From Penicillus capitatus (lineage: Eukaryota; Plantae; Chlorophyta), in contig OZ287697.1 in assembly GCA_965649825.1 (NCBI GenBank), positions 248,001 to 312,000 on the forward strand: DNA of 64,000 nt, given 5' to 3'. This document shows, one piece after another, positions 12,760-25,622 of this stretch. The translations under genes were made by a program, and so were the position numbers. Numbering within the stretch: the first letter of the stretch is position 1; each line of letters opens with the position of its first letter. The notes under the pieces were generated by a model. That model was not told the DNA's origin and did not search any database. It worked only from the letters and a program-made list of their open reading frames with translations.

Positions 12760-13996
12760 TTACTCGTAAATTTTCTCGATCTCTTTCCGAGCCTGTTCGA
12801 CATCGTTTCGTGAAAAGAGGGACAAAAATTTAACGATTCGATTCTGGGCCGTCTGCAAAGCACTCGACGAGAATTCGACGAACTGTGCCTCCTCTGCGCC
12901 GCTCCTGAACTTTTGTCGATTCAACCGATCTTCGAAGTACTTGTTGTAATCCATCTGCACAAACATACTCGTGTCTGAAGGGAGGACTAGGCGTGAGGTC
13001 ATGCCTCCTGAATGTACTCCATGATGTCGATCGTTAGCCGACGGCCTTTGGCGCGATCCTCTGCGGAGGACAGGAATCCCAAAGCCGATTCCAGATTCGA
13101 CTGAATCTTGTTCGGCGCGCGGATGATCCGATCGATCACGATCCGAACTTGTTCCCATTCTGCGTTTTCCACCAACGATCGGCTCTCGTTCAACAAATCC
13201 TATCCACCAGACGCACGACTGCCGTTGCTTAGGCAGTAGCAGATGGCACAACCTGTGAGCGCAGTATGGGGACGAGATAGTCCGATACACGACCCGACGG
13301 TTTGAAGAACTGGAAATTTTCGGCAGGGATCAATGCAAAACCGACAAAGAGAGCAGAGAACACGCCGCCCACCAACAGGCGTTTCTAAAATCACCACAGC
13401 AGGTGAAACGCAGCTGCTGGAGGAGTGAAGGGGATGGGGACGTTGACAATGGCCTGGTCTTCTTCCGAGAGGCCCTGTTCGCGTTCTGTTCCTTCGCCCG
13501 TCAAGAAATCCACATCCGTTTCGCTCATCCAGTTTCCAGTGTCAGCATCTGGACGACATCGGGTGTGGAAAACGGAAGCTGCCGCGAAGGGACGGACCGG
13601 AGTCGAAAATTCTTTCGCGTTTCATATCTCGGGCATCGACAGCGGGGCCAGTCCAAAACGTCCGACCCGCTTTGGCCAGCACCGCCTCCTTCTCCTACAA
13701 CGTCTGCCCATCGACCGACCGTCGTTGTCCCCAGGTCGCACCTGATTGGCTCGCAAAGACGCAAGCTCTCTGCGCAAACGTTCCGCCTCTTCCTCCGCTT
13801 TGCGCAGCCTCTCGAGCGTTTCCTCGTCCATACGGACGTCCTCACTCCTTTCCCCTTCGCCCTCAACAGCAGCCAGACGGCACGGCCGACTGCAGACCAT
13901 AGGAGACGACGCTCGCGTTGCCCGAGAGCTCCAGCGTAAGGAACTGCAGGAGAGGCGCCGTAGGGGTCGGTATGGATGGACGGATCGCGATGTCAT
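12760..13996 (-). CDS. Putative plastid-targeted single-TM protein with a C-terminal helical (PsbQ-like) domain
   Basis: Ser/Arg-rich transit-like N-terminus (MTSRSVHPYRPLRRLSCSSLRW), a coiled segment, TM LLVGGVFSALFVGFALIP and a helical C-terminal domain. The exon chain is phase-consistent; the PsbQ-like label is inference. Confidence 0.6.
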
Positions 13997-14028
13997 TCTC
14001 GTCAATAGTGCTGAGTGACGCACCGTTC

Positions 14029-14519
14029 ATGGGTTTGGCCTCGACCTTCACCGTCGCGGCATCGTGGTGCCCTGTCCCTCACACCAAAACCCGACCGCGA
14101 TCTTCATACCTTGTCTACACCCAAGCACCGCACCCCATACCGCATCGCCATGTTGAGCGAAAGGGTCGCCGTAGAGTGGACCGAGGAGCGTCAAAATCGT
14201 CATCCCTGACGATCCGTGTCCCAAGTGCCGCGGCACGGGACGATCGAAGTGTCTCGACTGCCAAGGACGCGGTCGGTCGGCTCTCATCTCCACTCCCCTT
14301 TGTCTGCTGATCTCCAAGTGCAGGACGCATTAACTATACGGACGCTGTGCTTCTGCCCAAAGGCGTGATGCCTGTCTGGTGTCGATCCTGCGGCGGATCT
14401 GGCCGCTGGCACTGTGAAAAGTGATCCCTTATGGCAGTCATGTGGATGGGAGGTCAGAGTGTGGGTGTAGATGTATGGGTATCGGTATCAGAAGGGGTCA
14501 CATCGGATTTCAGTTGTAA
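14029..14519 (+). CDS. Small DnaJ-type zinc-finger (CxxCxGxG) protein
   Basis: CPKCRGTG, CLDCQGRG, CRSCGGSG and C-x-RCMGIG repeats across exons, with stop TAA at 14517-14519. The start codon is uncertain. Confidence 0.6.
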
Positions 14520-14914
14520 GCATGGTCGGTGTCCATGATACATCGACATCCCTCCTTCTAACCGTCGAGTATATCTCACGGCAAGCTTGAGCACGCTGCC
14601 AAACGAGCAACCCATTCGCATTGTTGCTTTGAAAAGAAACAAAGACACCACACGAGACGATTGTTAAGATAGACAATAAACGGACTGACGAAACGGACAT
14701 GTGTATGTCACGTGTGGTCGGTTTTCTCGCGAGAGATGCTTGTCTTCTGTCACGACATGGAAGAAACAGGCAACACCTTATTGTATCGTCGAGAATCGAA
14801 GCCTAAAAGAATGCCCGATGTCTTATAGATCTAAATGGGCCATACATAATGAGAGAATCAAAGACGCATAACGACGCTAACAACACGATGGAGTAATAGA
14901 TGGAAAATAGACGA

Positions 14915-16920
14915 TCATGTTAGAAAGGGATTGGTAGATGGAGTGGACGGGGCGGCGGTAGTAGACAGAAACGGATTCCATTCCTTCTCCTCTGATGGAA
15001 GATGATGTGACGTTTCGGCAAAAGGATTCGTGGCGTCTAAGACGGCAGGGCTCGCATCGGAGTCCTCGGAGACAGTCGAAGGTAATAAAAAAGGATTTGT
15101 CGCCACCGGCGGCGGCGGCGGCGCCACTGAGATCTCATTTGCAGGGTCATCCATCCCGTGCGTCTTGACTTCTGCTGTGTGGGCAAAGGGATTGGACGGT
15201 TTGTCGGCTTCTATGTGGCAAGGGATGGCGTCGGATTCGGTAGAGAGAAACGGATTGGATGGTTCGGAAATGGACGTTATGTGTGGCAACGGTGCCGATG
15301 TCGATCCCGCGAACGGATTGGTGGCGGTCGGAGTTCTGTCTTCCTCCAGACGCTCGCCAAAAAATGCCGAATCGCAACGGGGGACACCTCCGGGAGCCTC
15401 TCCCGCAACTACACACGCCGATTCTCACACATTTGCTAGAAGAGTGACCATGGTCGTGCCTGGATCTGAATGACGTGATGGGAGATCGTCCAATAGATCA
15501 TGGCCCAGTCGATCTGTCCGTTCAGGAACCTGCACTTCAGACTGGCATCGTGCTAAACTCCCTGCACAGGAAATGATGTCACACATCGGTGATGTGACAG
15601 GTCATGTGCCTGCCTTGGGCGATCTCAGCTGAATCGGCGATTCTGTTGGCCACAGCCTTGGCCACTTTGAAAGCGAACTGGGCGGCTTTGATCTCTTCCT
15701 GTGCATCCTTCAGCTTCTGCTCAGCTTCCAGTCGTGCCAACTGCTCTTTTTGCAGCGCCTTGCGCATCTCGAGAAAATCTTCTTGGTCGCATACACCCTC
15801 TCTCACATGCTCCTTCACATCAACCCCCTCTCTACACCCACGATCCCTGCCACGCCCACAGGGTACACACAGCTGTCACATCACGCTTACTTTTTAGCTA
15901 TCTCCAATTCTTTTTCTGCCAGAATGGCACGTTTCATGATCTCTCCGTTTTCTCTTTGCACGGCACGGAGTTGAGACTTCAATTTTTGCATTTCTTGACA
16001 CGAGCGATTTTGATCGGCGCTCGCCTGAGGACGACCCATTTTGTCCACGACGTCTGCTACGGCGGCAAGGTCACGATCGAAGGCGTCCCAGTCCAATTCA
16101 ACATTATTTTCATCGGACGACGCATTGCACTTCTTCGTTTCAAGGAAATCGCGAGAATTCCCAGATGCTGTCGTGGAAGGCATCGTAACAGCAACATCTG
16201 TCACATCACTTTCGCTTCGCACATCCAAGTGCTTTCGCTGAAATTCGATGACGGTACGTGCCATCTGATCCATTTGATCGACCTATGTTCACAAGATCCG
16301 TCTGATCCTCGACCCCATGATCGCACATCGCGATCCGCGTGTTACTTGAGTCTGAAAGGTCGAAAAGAAGGCGGTGGAGATTTCGATAGAGGCATGCTCC
16401 ATTTTGCCAAGCAGCTCCTCAAAGGAGCCATCTGCTGTCACATCATCGCTTTCGGCACTTCTCACTCTTTTCTCTCACTTTTTGACTTGGATTTGACACT
16501 TTCTAAATATCTCCGATTGAGTTCTGTGTATCGGCTTTGCGCGACGTCCCTCACATTTTCTGTACAGCGGCACATAAACTAACACGATTTCAGCGCCGCC
16601 CGTCCCTCGGCGTGACACCGCACTTCAGTCGATGTCTCTAGCTGTGCCAAGAATCCCTTCTGCGCTTCCGTCTCCGTCGAGAACGTGGCGGAAGCACGTT
16701 GGCAGACCTCTATCACACCATAGCCTCATATTCGTATGGCACTTTGCCTTTTGGTGCCCGACCTCTTGTCGACTTCCAAAACTTGTGCACACGACGCGAC
16801 CATTGCTACGGGAAGATACCTTACGTCTCATGCGCCGAAAAACGAAGGATTCACTTCTGTGCTATCGCTGAGGGACTTGAGTTTCTGCATTTCGCCTTTG
16901 GTCTGGTATTTGCTCGACAT
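14915..16920 (-). CDS. Coiled-coil protein with a C-terminal NPF-repeat tail
   Basis: Coiled-coil exons (QKLKSQLRAVQRENGEIMKRAILAEKELE; ALQKEQLARLEAEQKLKDAQEE). The last exon has six NPF motifs in ORF 14915-15289 plus one just upstream. The 5' exons are tentative. Confidence 0.6.
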
Positions 16921-17081
16921 TTTCAAGCAGACGCCCAAACGCACTGCACGGTGCCATCCATCGCCAAATCCCGCACCGTATATACCGTATGCAACACGCC
17001 GCGAACGCGATCGACCGTATCCACACCGTATCGCAAAACGACAGACCCTCTTTCCTACAGCGAGCGAGCGGCGGCGCCTCA

Positions 17082-18608
17082 TCAGAGAGCATCCTCTTTC
17101 CTTGGCTTGTAGAGAAGACGACTGGGGTCGATCTCCAGCGACTTCTGCTGCTTCAGAAGTCTCAAGTGTTCTTCGATATGCTTCGGGAAAACGTGAACCA
17201 TGTGCTGTCCCCTCCAGTACTTAAGAAAATTCAGTCCCGTCAAGACGTGGACGACATCTTCCGACTTGATACAGGTCTCTTTGGTGATCTCTTCGATCGT
17301 CACCATGCCTTTCTTCTGACGAATGACCTCCAGGATCTTCTTCGTCCAGTAGCTACGATAGCTGACTTGGCCCAGATCCGACAGCGGCCGCTCCGGTGTG
17401 CCCGTTTTGCCTTCGAGTTTCGAAAGCTCGTAGGAGAAGCCGATCAAGAAACGACCGTAGCCACGGCGCTGATAGGGTGGTAGTGTCAGGATACACGCCA
17501 GATTATAGTCTTCTCGACTCTGCTTCTCTTTGGAAAAGTATCCCACGACTCTGGCGCCGTTGGGATGGATCTCGCACATGACGTAGAACATAAACGGATC
17601 GACATCGTAGTACAGCGTCTTGTGATCGAGGAAGAGCTTGGACAGAAGGCAGAGATTCTGACAGTAAAGCTTGCTCTTCTTGCCATCGATCTCGTACACG
17701 GCGATCGCCGGATCCGCCACCGCGCCGCCAACCAGCACCGGACGTGTGGCCGAAGGAACGGGAGAGCGATAGATTTCGTCGCCCGGTGGGCAGTTGATCG
17801 AACACAGCGCCTGATGACGCAGCAATGTCTTCTTCTTGCGAAAATACTTGAGCGTGAACTCGCAGATGTAGAGCTTGTCTTGTGAGGCATACGGCTCTGG
17901 ATAGGGAGAATAATACCAGGTATCAATAATGTACTTGCCCAGGACAATCCTCTGCCAACAGAACGACCTCAATCCAAGGCGTTAAATGGCTCGGCACGTG
18001 CCTGGATGTTCTTCACTTTGGTGCGTTCTTGATACTCGCGCTCCAGAGGGTTGTTTTCGTGGGCGGATACATCTTCGACCTGTAAAAGAGTGAGATCTCA
18101 GTTGTGAAAAGAGTGAGATGTGCGTGTGACGTGAGGAAGGTGGTGTGCTTCTTCGTATTTGCGTTTGAGACGTCGCGTCAGCTTCTGCTCAGATCCCAGA
18201 TCGCACGAAGTTACGAAGCTCTCTTGCCTTCCGATCGTATGGATCATTTTGGACAGTCTCTCGACCGGTACCCATTCATCGAGTCTCTTATCGCCTGGAC
18301 ATCTCCATCTTTATGCAAGGAAATGATGTGACAGCTGTACAGTCGTTGTAGTGCACGTAGTAAAGAAATCCGCCAGATGCTGTTGGCTCGCGCTTCGTAC
18401 GTAGCACCTCTGCCGGATCTGAAGCGACGTTTAGGCAATGGAGGGCAGGAATAGGGAGCTACGGTTGCTGTCGTCGTGCGTGGCGCGACAGAGGACTTTG
18501 GTCTCGACCGCAAATTCCTACACACATACATGCCTCGCATCGCCCGTCGTTCAATAGCAGAAGCGTCACGGGCAGCGCATCGTCGTCGAGCTCGTCGCGC
18601 TCTTCCAT
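17082..18608 (-). CDS. HAM1: MYST-family histone acetyltransferase (HAM1/Esa1/KAT5-KAT8 type)
   Basis: Chromo-barrel YYVHYND|CDKRLDEWV, then the MYST core TWYYSPYP, LYICEFTLKY, YCQNLCLLSKLFLDHKTLYYDV, NLACILTLPPYQRRGYG and PERPLSDLG. Confidence 0.93.
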
Positions 18609-18730
18609 CGCAGAAGGCAACGATGCAGTCGTACAGAACACGAAGGCGATGGCGCTGATGACACGCGCGAAAATGATGTGACGTCCAGAGCACCATCTCA
18701 TCGAAATCGATCGCGTGACGATAACATACA

Positions 18731-19605
18731 TCAAATGGCAAAATCGCGAAGCCTTCGCCGTTTCTCTATGTGCCGATCGCCCTCCTTGCGATCACTGTGA
18801 AGGATATCATCATCAAGGGGCAACGTCGATTCCTAGATTTTTAGAAATGTGATCAAAAGAGTGAGAATGTGTGAGAGACGCGTATGAGGTAGATTTCGTT
18901 GGCCATGTCTGATGAAGTGTGACGGCAAAATGCCCACGAGTAGATCTGCGCAGAGAATGCCTGATCAACAAACTGCCATTCCTCGAATCCGATCACCGCC
19001 TGTCACATCATCTCACACATCTCACTCTCCCCAATGCTTGACGCGCCTTGTCCCGAGACTCGTGCAAAACGCGAATCGCTTTTGTCTCGGCGCGAAATCG
19101 CTGATGCTGCTGCCGAGAAGACTGGAGCAGCGCCGCGATATCCGTTCCCCTGACCTGAGACACAGGGGTGGGTCATAAGCGTCATTGTGTGAGAATGTGT
19201 GAGACCACATGACCAATATCCGCACGCAGTCGACCATCCAGGACGAAATCGTGAGCATAGGGCAACAGATCTCTCCATTCTGAAAAGGTCATCTCTCCAT
19301 GGCCATCCGCCGACATCCACTCGGACAGCATCTCATGGCAACGTTTGATATCCCGCACACACGCATCAGCCATCGTTCGATTCTCAACGTTGCTGTGGGC
19401 TAGCGCGACAGACGTCAAGGCGCTTTCCTAGGAATCAGAGATGGCGTGGGGTGGGTGGGACGCTTGACCGAAGGGAGTCCAGTAATGCACGCGCCTGAGA
19501 TGCGTGGCGGCTGAGGAATGTCCACAAGTGAAGACTTATGGCAACAAACGCCGCAAAGCAGAGGGGTGCCACAGTGCGACGGAGTTTTCTACCAGGCGGT
19601 GGCAT
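18731..19605 (-). CDS. Hypothetical type II membrane protein, multi-exon
   Basis: Basic N-terminus plus TM (MPPPGRKLRRTVAPLCFAAFVAISLHLWTF). A phase-consistent exon chain ends ...RRRLRDFAI*. No family was recognised. Confidence 0.45.
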
Positions 19606-19738
19606 GATCATCAGCACAATCGTCAATTTTCAAAGGGCGCTCGTCTTCTGTACGTCGATCTTGACCGTATACAACGAACCGTATACGTATTTTAGCGCTG
19701 CCTTGGACAGAGAGGTGTCTTCTGCTTTCGACGTCGTC

Positions 19739-21021
19739 ATGTCGGAAACCGCAGAGTCTTCGTTTTACGAGGTGCCCCACGTCGAGGTCTGTCTGGACAC
19801 CGTTGCATTGTTATGTAGGTTTTGGGCGTGGCACCCGATGCAACGGCGGTCCGCTGCCCCGTGTCACAGATTTCTGTCGAATTGCGTCGTGTAGGACGTC
19901 ATACGTCGCGCCTATCTCCGTCGGGCACGCGAATGTCACCCGGACAAGAATAGCGATGCGGTTTGGTCACCCTCTCAGCGTAAGGATAGCGAAAATGCCG
20001 TCGCTTTAGGACGCCAAAGAGCGATTCCAATCTCTTCAACGCATCTACGCCATCCTCAGTTCTCCTCAGAAGTGCGTCACGCACAGACGCCAGTCACACT
20101 TTTTATCACACTTATGCGTCCAGGAGAGCAGCTTACGATGCGGGCGAGGGGGATGAGGCTATGGATGGACGTTTTGGTGCCCCGGAGATCACGGAGGAAG
20201 ATATCCATGCGTTCGCCCGTACCTATCTGGGATCAGATATCGAACGCGAAGACCTGCTTCGGAACTATCGCAAGTGTAAAGGCAAAATGGAACAGGTGCA
20301 GCGATCATGGTGCATGACTAAGTGTGATCTCACTCTTTTGCCGTGCAGCTCTTCGAACTGCAGATCCTGAGCGATGTCAAATTCGATGCCCATCGATTCG
20401 TCGACATCCTCGACGACGCTGTCGGACAAGGTCAGTCAATGGATCGTCAAAGAGTGAGATGGTTGCCAAGAGTGAGATCTAGGGGAGATCCGTTCCTACA
20501 AGAGCTACGAGACGTGGAGAGGACACGTGTTGAAGACACCCAGACGCAATGTATCATTCGAGAAGCGCTTTAAGAAATCAAAGGCGTCAACCGTTTCCGA
20601 TCTCGATGAGCTCGCCTTGATCGAAAAGATCCAAAGCCGGGTCGCTTCTTCCCAGCTTCCAATTTGTTTCTCACTCTTTTGTGATGTGACCCGCAGGGAG
20701 CAAAGCACATGGCTTTTGTCAACGATCTAAAGACAAAGTTCTGTGGCACCGGGGTAAGATCCTACTATCCACGAGAAGATGTGTGACATGTGTGAGATCG
20801 TTAGCCAACACCGTACGATGAAATCACAGAAGAGGAATTTCAGAACGCGCAGTCCAGATTGCTTCATACCTCCGCCGCCAAGAACACAAAACGCAACGGG
20901 GCAAGTCATCGCTTTCATTTTTATTCCCTCCACTTCTCCGGTGCCTTTCCAGAAGGTCGTCAAGACCAAAGGAGTACAGAAGCGTCGGTCCAAGCGCTTA
21001 GCAAAGAAAGGTCGAAGATAA
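19739..21021 (+). CDS. DNAJC9: DnaJ protein, DNAJC9/ATJ6 type
   Basis: FYE|VLGVAPDA, RRAYLRRARECHPDKN, KERFQSLQRIYAILS, TEEDIHAFARTYLGSDIEREDL, and C-terminal FVNDLKTKF and EITEEEFQNAQSRL. Confidence 0.8.
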
Positions 21022-21088
21022 ACAACGGTCTGACAGATTTGACGGCGCGGTACTGTCTCTTACATTGTTTGACAGTACCCACCCGATT

Positions 21089-22487
21089 TCATTTCATGCC
21101 TCTCTTTCGGCGCGGATGGTCTGCCATAGAACGATAGAGTAGAGGACCGATGATCGCGCCGATGATGAGAGACGCATAAGACACGAGGGGGAATCCATCG
21201 GAGACGACGTGACAGTCGCCGCCAGACACCGTACATAGATTATTGACGTGACTGGCAAAGGGAAAAGGAATCGGACAGGGAACGTCACGAAACTGCTGCT
21301 CCTGACGGACGCACACGCGATGTGACATCACATCCGAAAGACACAGAGCCGCCATCCGCATCAACACATGACTCACACTGATCCGACTGAGCCATCTCTG
21401 CCGCAAGGAAGGACACGCAGTTCTCTCCTCTTCCATCCAGATCCGCTGCAGCGTTAGGATCGTGTTCCCCAGCGATATCGAAGCGCAGGAGAGAACAGCG
21501 TAGATCGTCAGAAATGAAGTGTTGTGTGAAAGAGTGAGAAAGTAGGTGAGTGCGCCGGCCATTGCCATTCGGAGATAGTAGGCCGAGATCCAGGCGTGAC
21601 GGCGATACCTGGAAGGCAGGCCGTGGTGGACAAAGATGCCAGAGATGAGACCGGGAAGACACTCCAGTCCTTTCAGAACGGCCAGGACGTCGACTGGCAG
21701 TCCCCTATCCATGAGCTTCATCCATGCCAATCCCTCGACCGTCTCGAACGGAAATCGGCCCATCGATGCGACGATCCATCGCCTATGGCCGCCGCCAACA
21801 CTCTTCGCAGCTTCTGCATAGCTTCTCTCATTGACGGTTACGTTCGGAGTGACAACCGTCCATCCGCAGAGGAAGAGCAGTAGGTAGCCCAGTCCTTGTA
21901 GGAGGCTATGGAAGGTGAGATCGATCCGAGAGAGAAGACCATCGTCGCGTTGCGAATGGTACAGCACGAGAAATCCAACGAAACCAAACAGGGCACCGGC
22001 GTTGCTGCCGACCTCCCTCGCTGCCCCCATCTTCGATCCGTGCACCAGCCACATCTCATTTACGCGTTGCATCGCCGCCGCCAGCGACACCAACAACAGC
22101 GACATCCATAACACCATCCAGAAATCCCCCCGGTCGATTCCGTGTTCCATACTGGCGGCCAAGGTGAAACAGCAGGTTGCCAGGAGGAGAGAGAAGATAC
22201 AGAGGTATGGTTTGTGGGATGACGGTGTTCTGGGCGTCCATAGAAATCGTATGGCGTCTGGCAGGGCGATACCTGCAAACAGACCGAGTTCAATCAACGA
22301 CACCTTGGGCTTCAGCATCACAGGTCTGCAGCATCAGTCCATATCGCCACGCCCCTTATGGACCATGAGCGTACGCTGTTCCGAGGGTGACGCCCATGAC
22401 GACGCCATGAACAGCGGAGAACGCAGCCGACAGCAGGACGTTGCGCAAGTGCGGTTCTTGACGGAATGACGGTCGTTGCCTAGGCAT
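21089..22487 (-). CDS. MFS transporter, acetyl-CoA transporter (SLC33A1/AT-1)-like
   Basis: Multiple TM helices; the N-terminal LGLFAGIALPDAIRFLWTP resembles the AT-1 family signature. Several introns read through in ORF 21089-22321. Confidence 0.65.
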
Positions 22488-22824
22488 TGTTGGCTTCGTG
22501 CAGATGGGACATCACGACGATTCGCCTACACCTTCAAACAGGACGCAATGCTCCGACGCAGTTCGGCGTGCCATCTACGGCACGGCAGAGGACAAAGCGG
22601 CAGAATACGATGCGTCCTTGCAGAAGTGCGCTGTCGCAAAGAGGGCGCCGCCGAAACGGTGTGGCGATGCAGGTGGTGGAAAGTCTACGCGGAGCGGAAG
22701 AATGATGAAGAGCAGGAGCACGTTGCCGATTCGCTGCTCTATGACGAACGCTGTACGTTGCCACGAACCGTCCAGCGACCGGAATGCGTTCGCTCTGCCG
22801 AAGAAAAACCGTAAACAGTTTCTG

Positions 22825-25502
22825 TCAGACCAACGGTGAAGTCATAGTGGACCGACTATGTTCCATAACGATGGCGGTAAACTGGCGGCGGTCTTTGACG
22901 CTGAACCTGTACAGGAGACACACGTCGTCGATAAGGCCATACAATAGGAACGAGCGTACGCGATGCCAGTCGGCTTCGACGCTGAGAACGCTCTGCGGCG
23001 ATAAGAAGTGAATGTAGAGGCTGCGCTTTTCGGCCGCCAGTGGAATCGTTCGCCGAGTGATCGGTGAAGTGTCGATCCTGGCGACATTGATGGAATCGCC
23101 CGAAGCGGCGAGGAGGAGAGCGCCGTCCATGCGCCAGGCTAAACTATGGCAATGATGCGCACGCGTATCGTTGTCGTCGTCAGATGTTATCTCCTCAAGC
23201 GCCATGCCTTCGTCCGTGTCATAGATACGCAGCGTCTGATCTGCCATGGCGACAAGGCAGCGACGATTGGATCCGAAAGCGATCGCCACGATCGGCGTCG
23301 AGTGACGAAACCGATAGCGGAATTGGACGCCTAAGGAGCAAAGCCTCAGTCATCTGGGCGACCTCGTGAGATGCCTATGCCCAACCTGAGGGACGAAGGG
23401 CGTAGATGTAGAGCGTCGACTGAATAGAGTACGCCAATTGCTCGCCGTCGGGAGATAGGCACAAACCGTAGGGGTGCAGTCGAAAGGGAACGGTTGTCGG
23501 TGTCTCCAGCCCGACACGCGGTAGGAGACGCATGGTGGGTAGCTCCACGGCACGAATGGCGTTTTCCAGATCGATGATCCAGAGAAAAGAGACGTCCGGT
23601 GCGAAAAGGACCTGCCATGCTGCGGGTAGCGCTTTCTTCGTCTTAACCGTATGAAAAGACACAGGCTGGCCGCCTTCGACATCTAGGCCGTCAATCTGGA
23701 CGATTCGGGTTTTGGTCCCGGACGAAAGGGCGAGAAAGCGACGGTCCGCTGAAACGGCGGCGGTGCGAATGTTATGAGCATTCGAAATCGATAGTCGTGT
23801 CTTCAGTACCGCCCCATGCGTTGCTGAAACGACATCTCCATGACGGTTGTTCTCCCCTGCCGCCACCACCACCTGTCACATCACACAAAGCCATTCGCGC
23901 GCGATCTTGAAGCGATCAATATCTCACGGCAGGATTCTGAGGCAAGTGCCAGAAATCGACATCTCCTTGACGGACGGCCATAAGGAGACGGGCATCGACC
24001 GTCTGAAACCTTGGCTTCTCCGGAACAAGATCCAGCGTCATCAGTCGTCGCTCGAGAAAAGACTGAACGAGATCTGCCTCCTCGGCGCACGTGACGTAAT
24101 GCACCAGACAGTCATCGGATCCAGTGAGCAACGTCTGTTGTCGATTGTGTCGACATATAGCCCAGCAAGTCATATCATTCGCATGCGGTCGTCGGAGATG
24201 CAGACAGTTCCACATGCCATCGGGCGTCGTTCGGCGGTAGACCACTACTGTTGCGTCCATTCCTGCTGAGAGGACATAATCGACGCTGTCTTGCCGGGTC
24301 GCCATCAGCAAGGTCACATCCGCATGGTGTTTCTCGTATGCGCAGAGGAGCGTACCGAACCGACGGTCCCAGAACCCGACGCGACCGTTGGCGTCGCCAC
24401 TGACAACGACATCCTCCAAACAAAGCACCGAACACACACTGACCGATGACCCCTCCTCCAAACCAACGCGCACTCGGATCCGTTCATGACCTGTGAGAAG
24501 AAAACGCACGTGCACGGAGCCGCCAGGGAACGACGGATGGCGTACCCATGTTTCGATGAAGTGACGGGGATGCGAGCAAAGACCAGAGACGTATGGTGCC
24601 GTCTTCGTAACCGACGGCCACTTCGATGGCGTCATTCGCACACCAACTCAGACACAACGCCCTGTCCATTCACCATCGCATCTTTCCGATGCAGTAGACG
24701 AGGCGCAGCCGCTTACCGCGTGGCAGTGGATGGCAGCAGACCAAGAAAAACACAGTTGCCGCCGCATTCGATGGAATAGAATCGCACGGCGCCGTCGTCG
24801 CATGACAGTCCCAGCCAGATTGCGTCCTCCCTCGGCGATATCTCCTTTCCCGGCGGCGTCGGTTTTGCATAGTCGGATGGAGGAGACACCGTCATGGACC
24901 AGATTCCGCCGCCGCTCACTTCTTCGACGCTCTTGACGTCGCCTGTCTCCAAGTGCCACTCCATCAGTCTAGACAACGCGCAATACAATGACAGCTTCTC
25001 GCCAGCTTCGCATCACACTTTCCGTCGAGTGTGCTCGCGAAGAGACGTGGTGGCATCGTGCCCATCGAATCATCGATCCACTGGAGTCCCGTCATTTCGC
25101 ATCCCTTGCCTCCCGTCAGTCTCTGTGTTTAGAGAACTCGAGAAATGCATGCCCGACCACTGTGTCGTCTGCACTTTAAGTAGCGTCCAATGATGTGACT
25201 CCCAGATCTCCACGTCGCCGGACGCGCGTGCCAAGGCGAGCCACTCCCCGTCGGGTGTCGCCGTAAGTTGCCGAACGCCACTCGGCTTCCAGTCAACATA
25301 CTCAAACCGATGCAGAAAACCGAGATCTGTTGTCATCGGTGCCCGTCCGGAATCCGACCGAACAAACAAACACACCTTTCCCTTGTGCATCCCGCTCCCC
25401 GCCCTTAACCGTACACGGCGTAGAAGCTGATACGAAGCTGGCGTTAGGAGGCTTGGCTTCAGTCGGGGTGGTGCCTGAACGTCGACGTTTCGGCCTTCCC
25501 AT
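22825..25502 (-). CDS. UTP4: U3 snoRNP WD40 protein UTP4/Cirhin, multi-exon
   Basis: N-terminal HRFEYVDWKPSGVRQL...LALARASGDVEIW, GGIWSM, SGDANGRVGFWD and HHADV...SAGMDATV, typical of UTP4. Confidence 0.8.
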
Positions 25503-25622
25503 GTCTTGCAGCGGTGATGTGACGTGATTAGGGTCGTCGTCGTTCCCCTCGTCTTTCTGCATTCATTCATTCACCGCATCGCGTTCGCGTCGTTCACGCC
25601 GTTTCGACTTTGTTTCATCACC

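Noticed and set aside
15701-17483. Long + strand ORFs (for example 15701-16582, 16989-17483)
   Set aside because: Antisense to the coiled-coil and MYST genes.
19538-19738. In-frame N-terminal extension of DNAJC9
   Set aside because: It would overlap the start of the divergent membrane-protein gene, and the J domain begins right after ATG 19739.
22476-22839. Three short + strand ORFs between the MFS gene and UTP4
   Set aside because: No motif; open in several frames and overlapping the UTP4 stop, so likely UTR or promoter.
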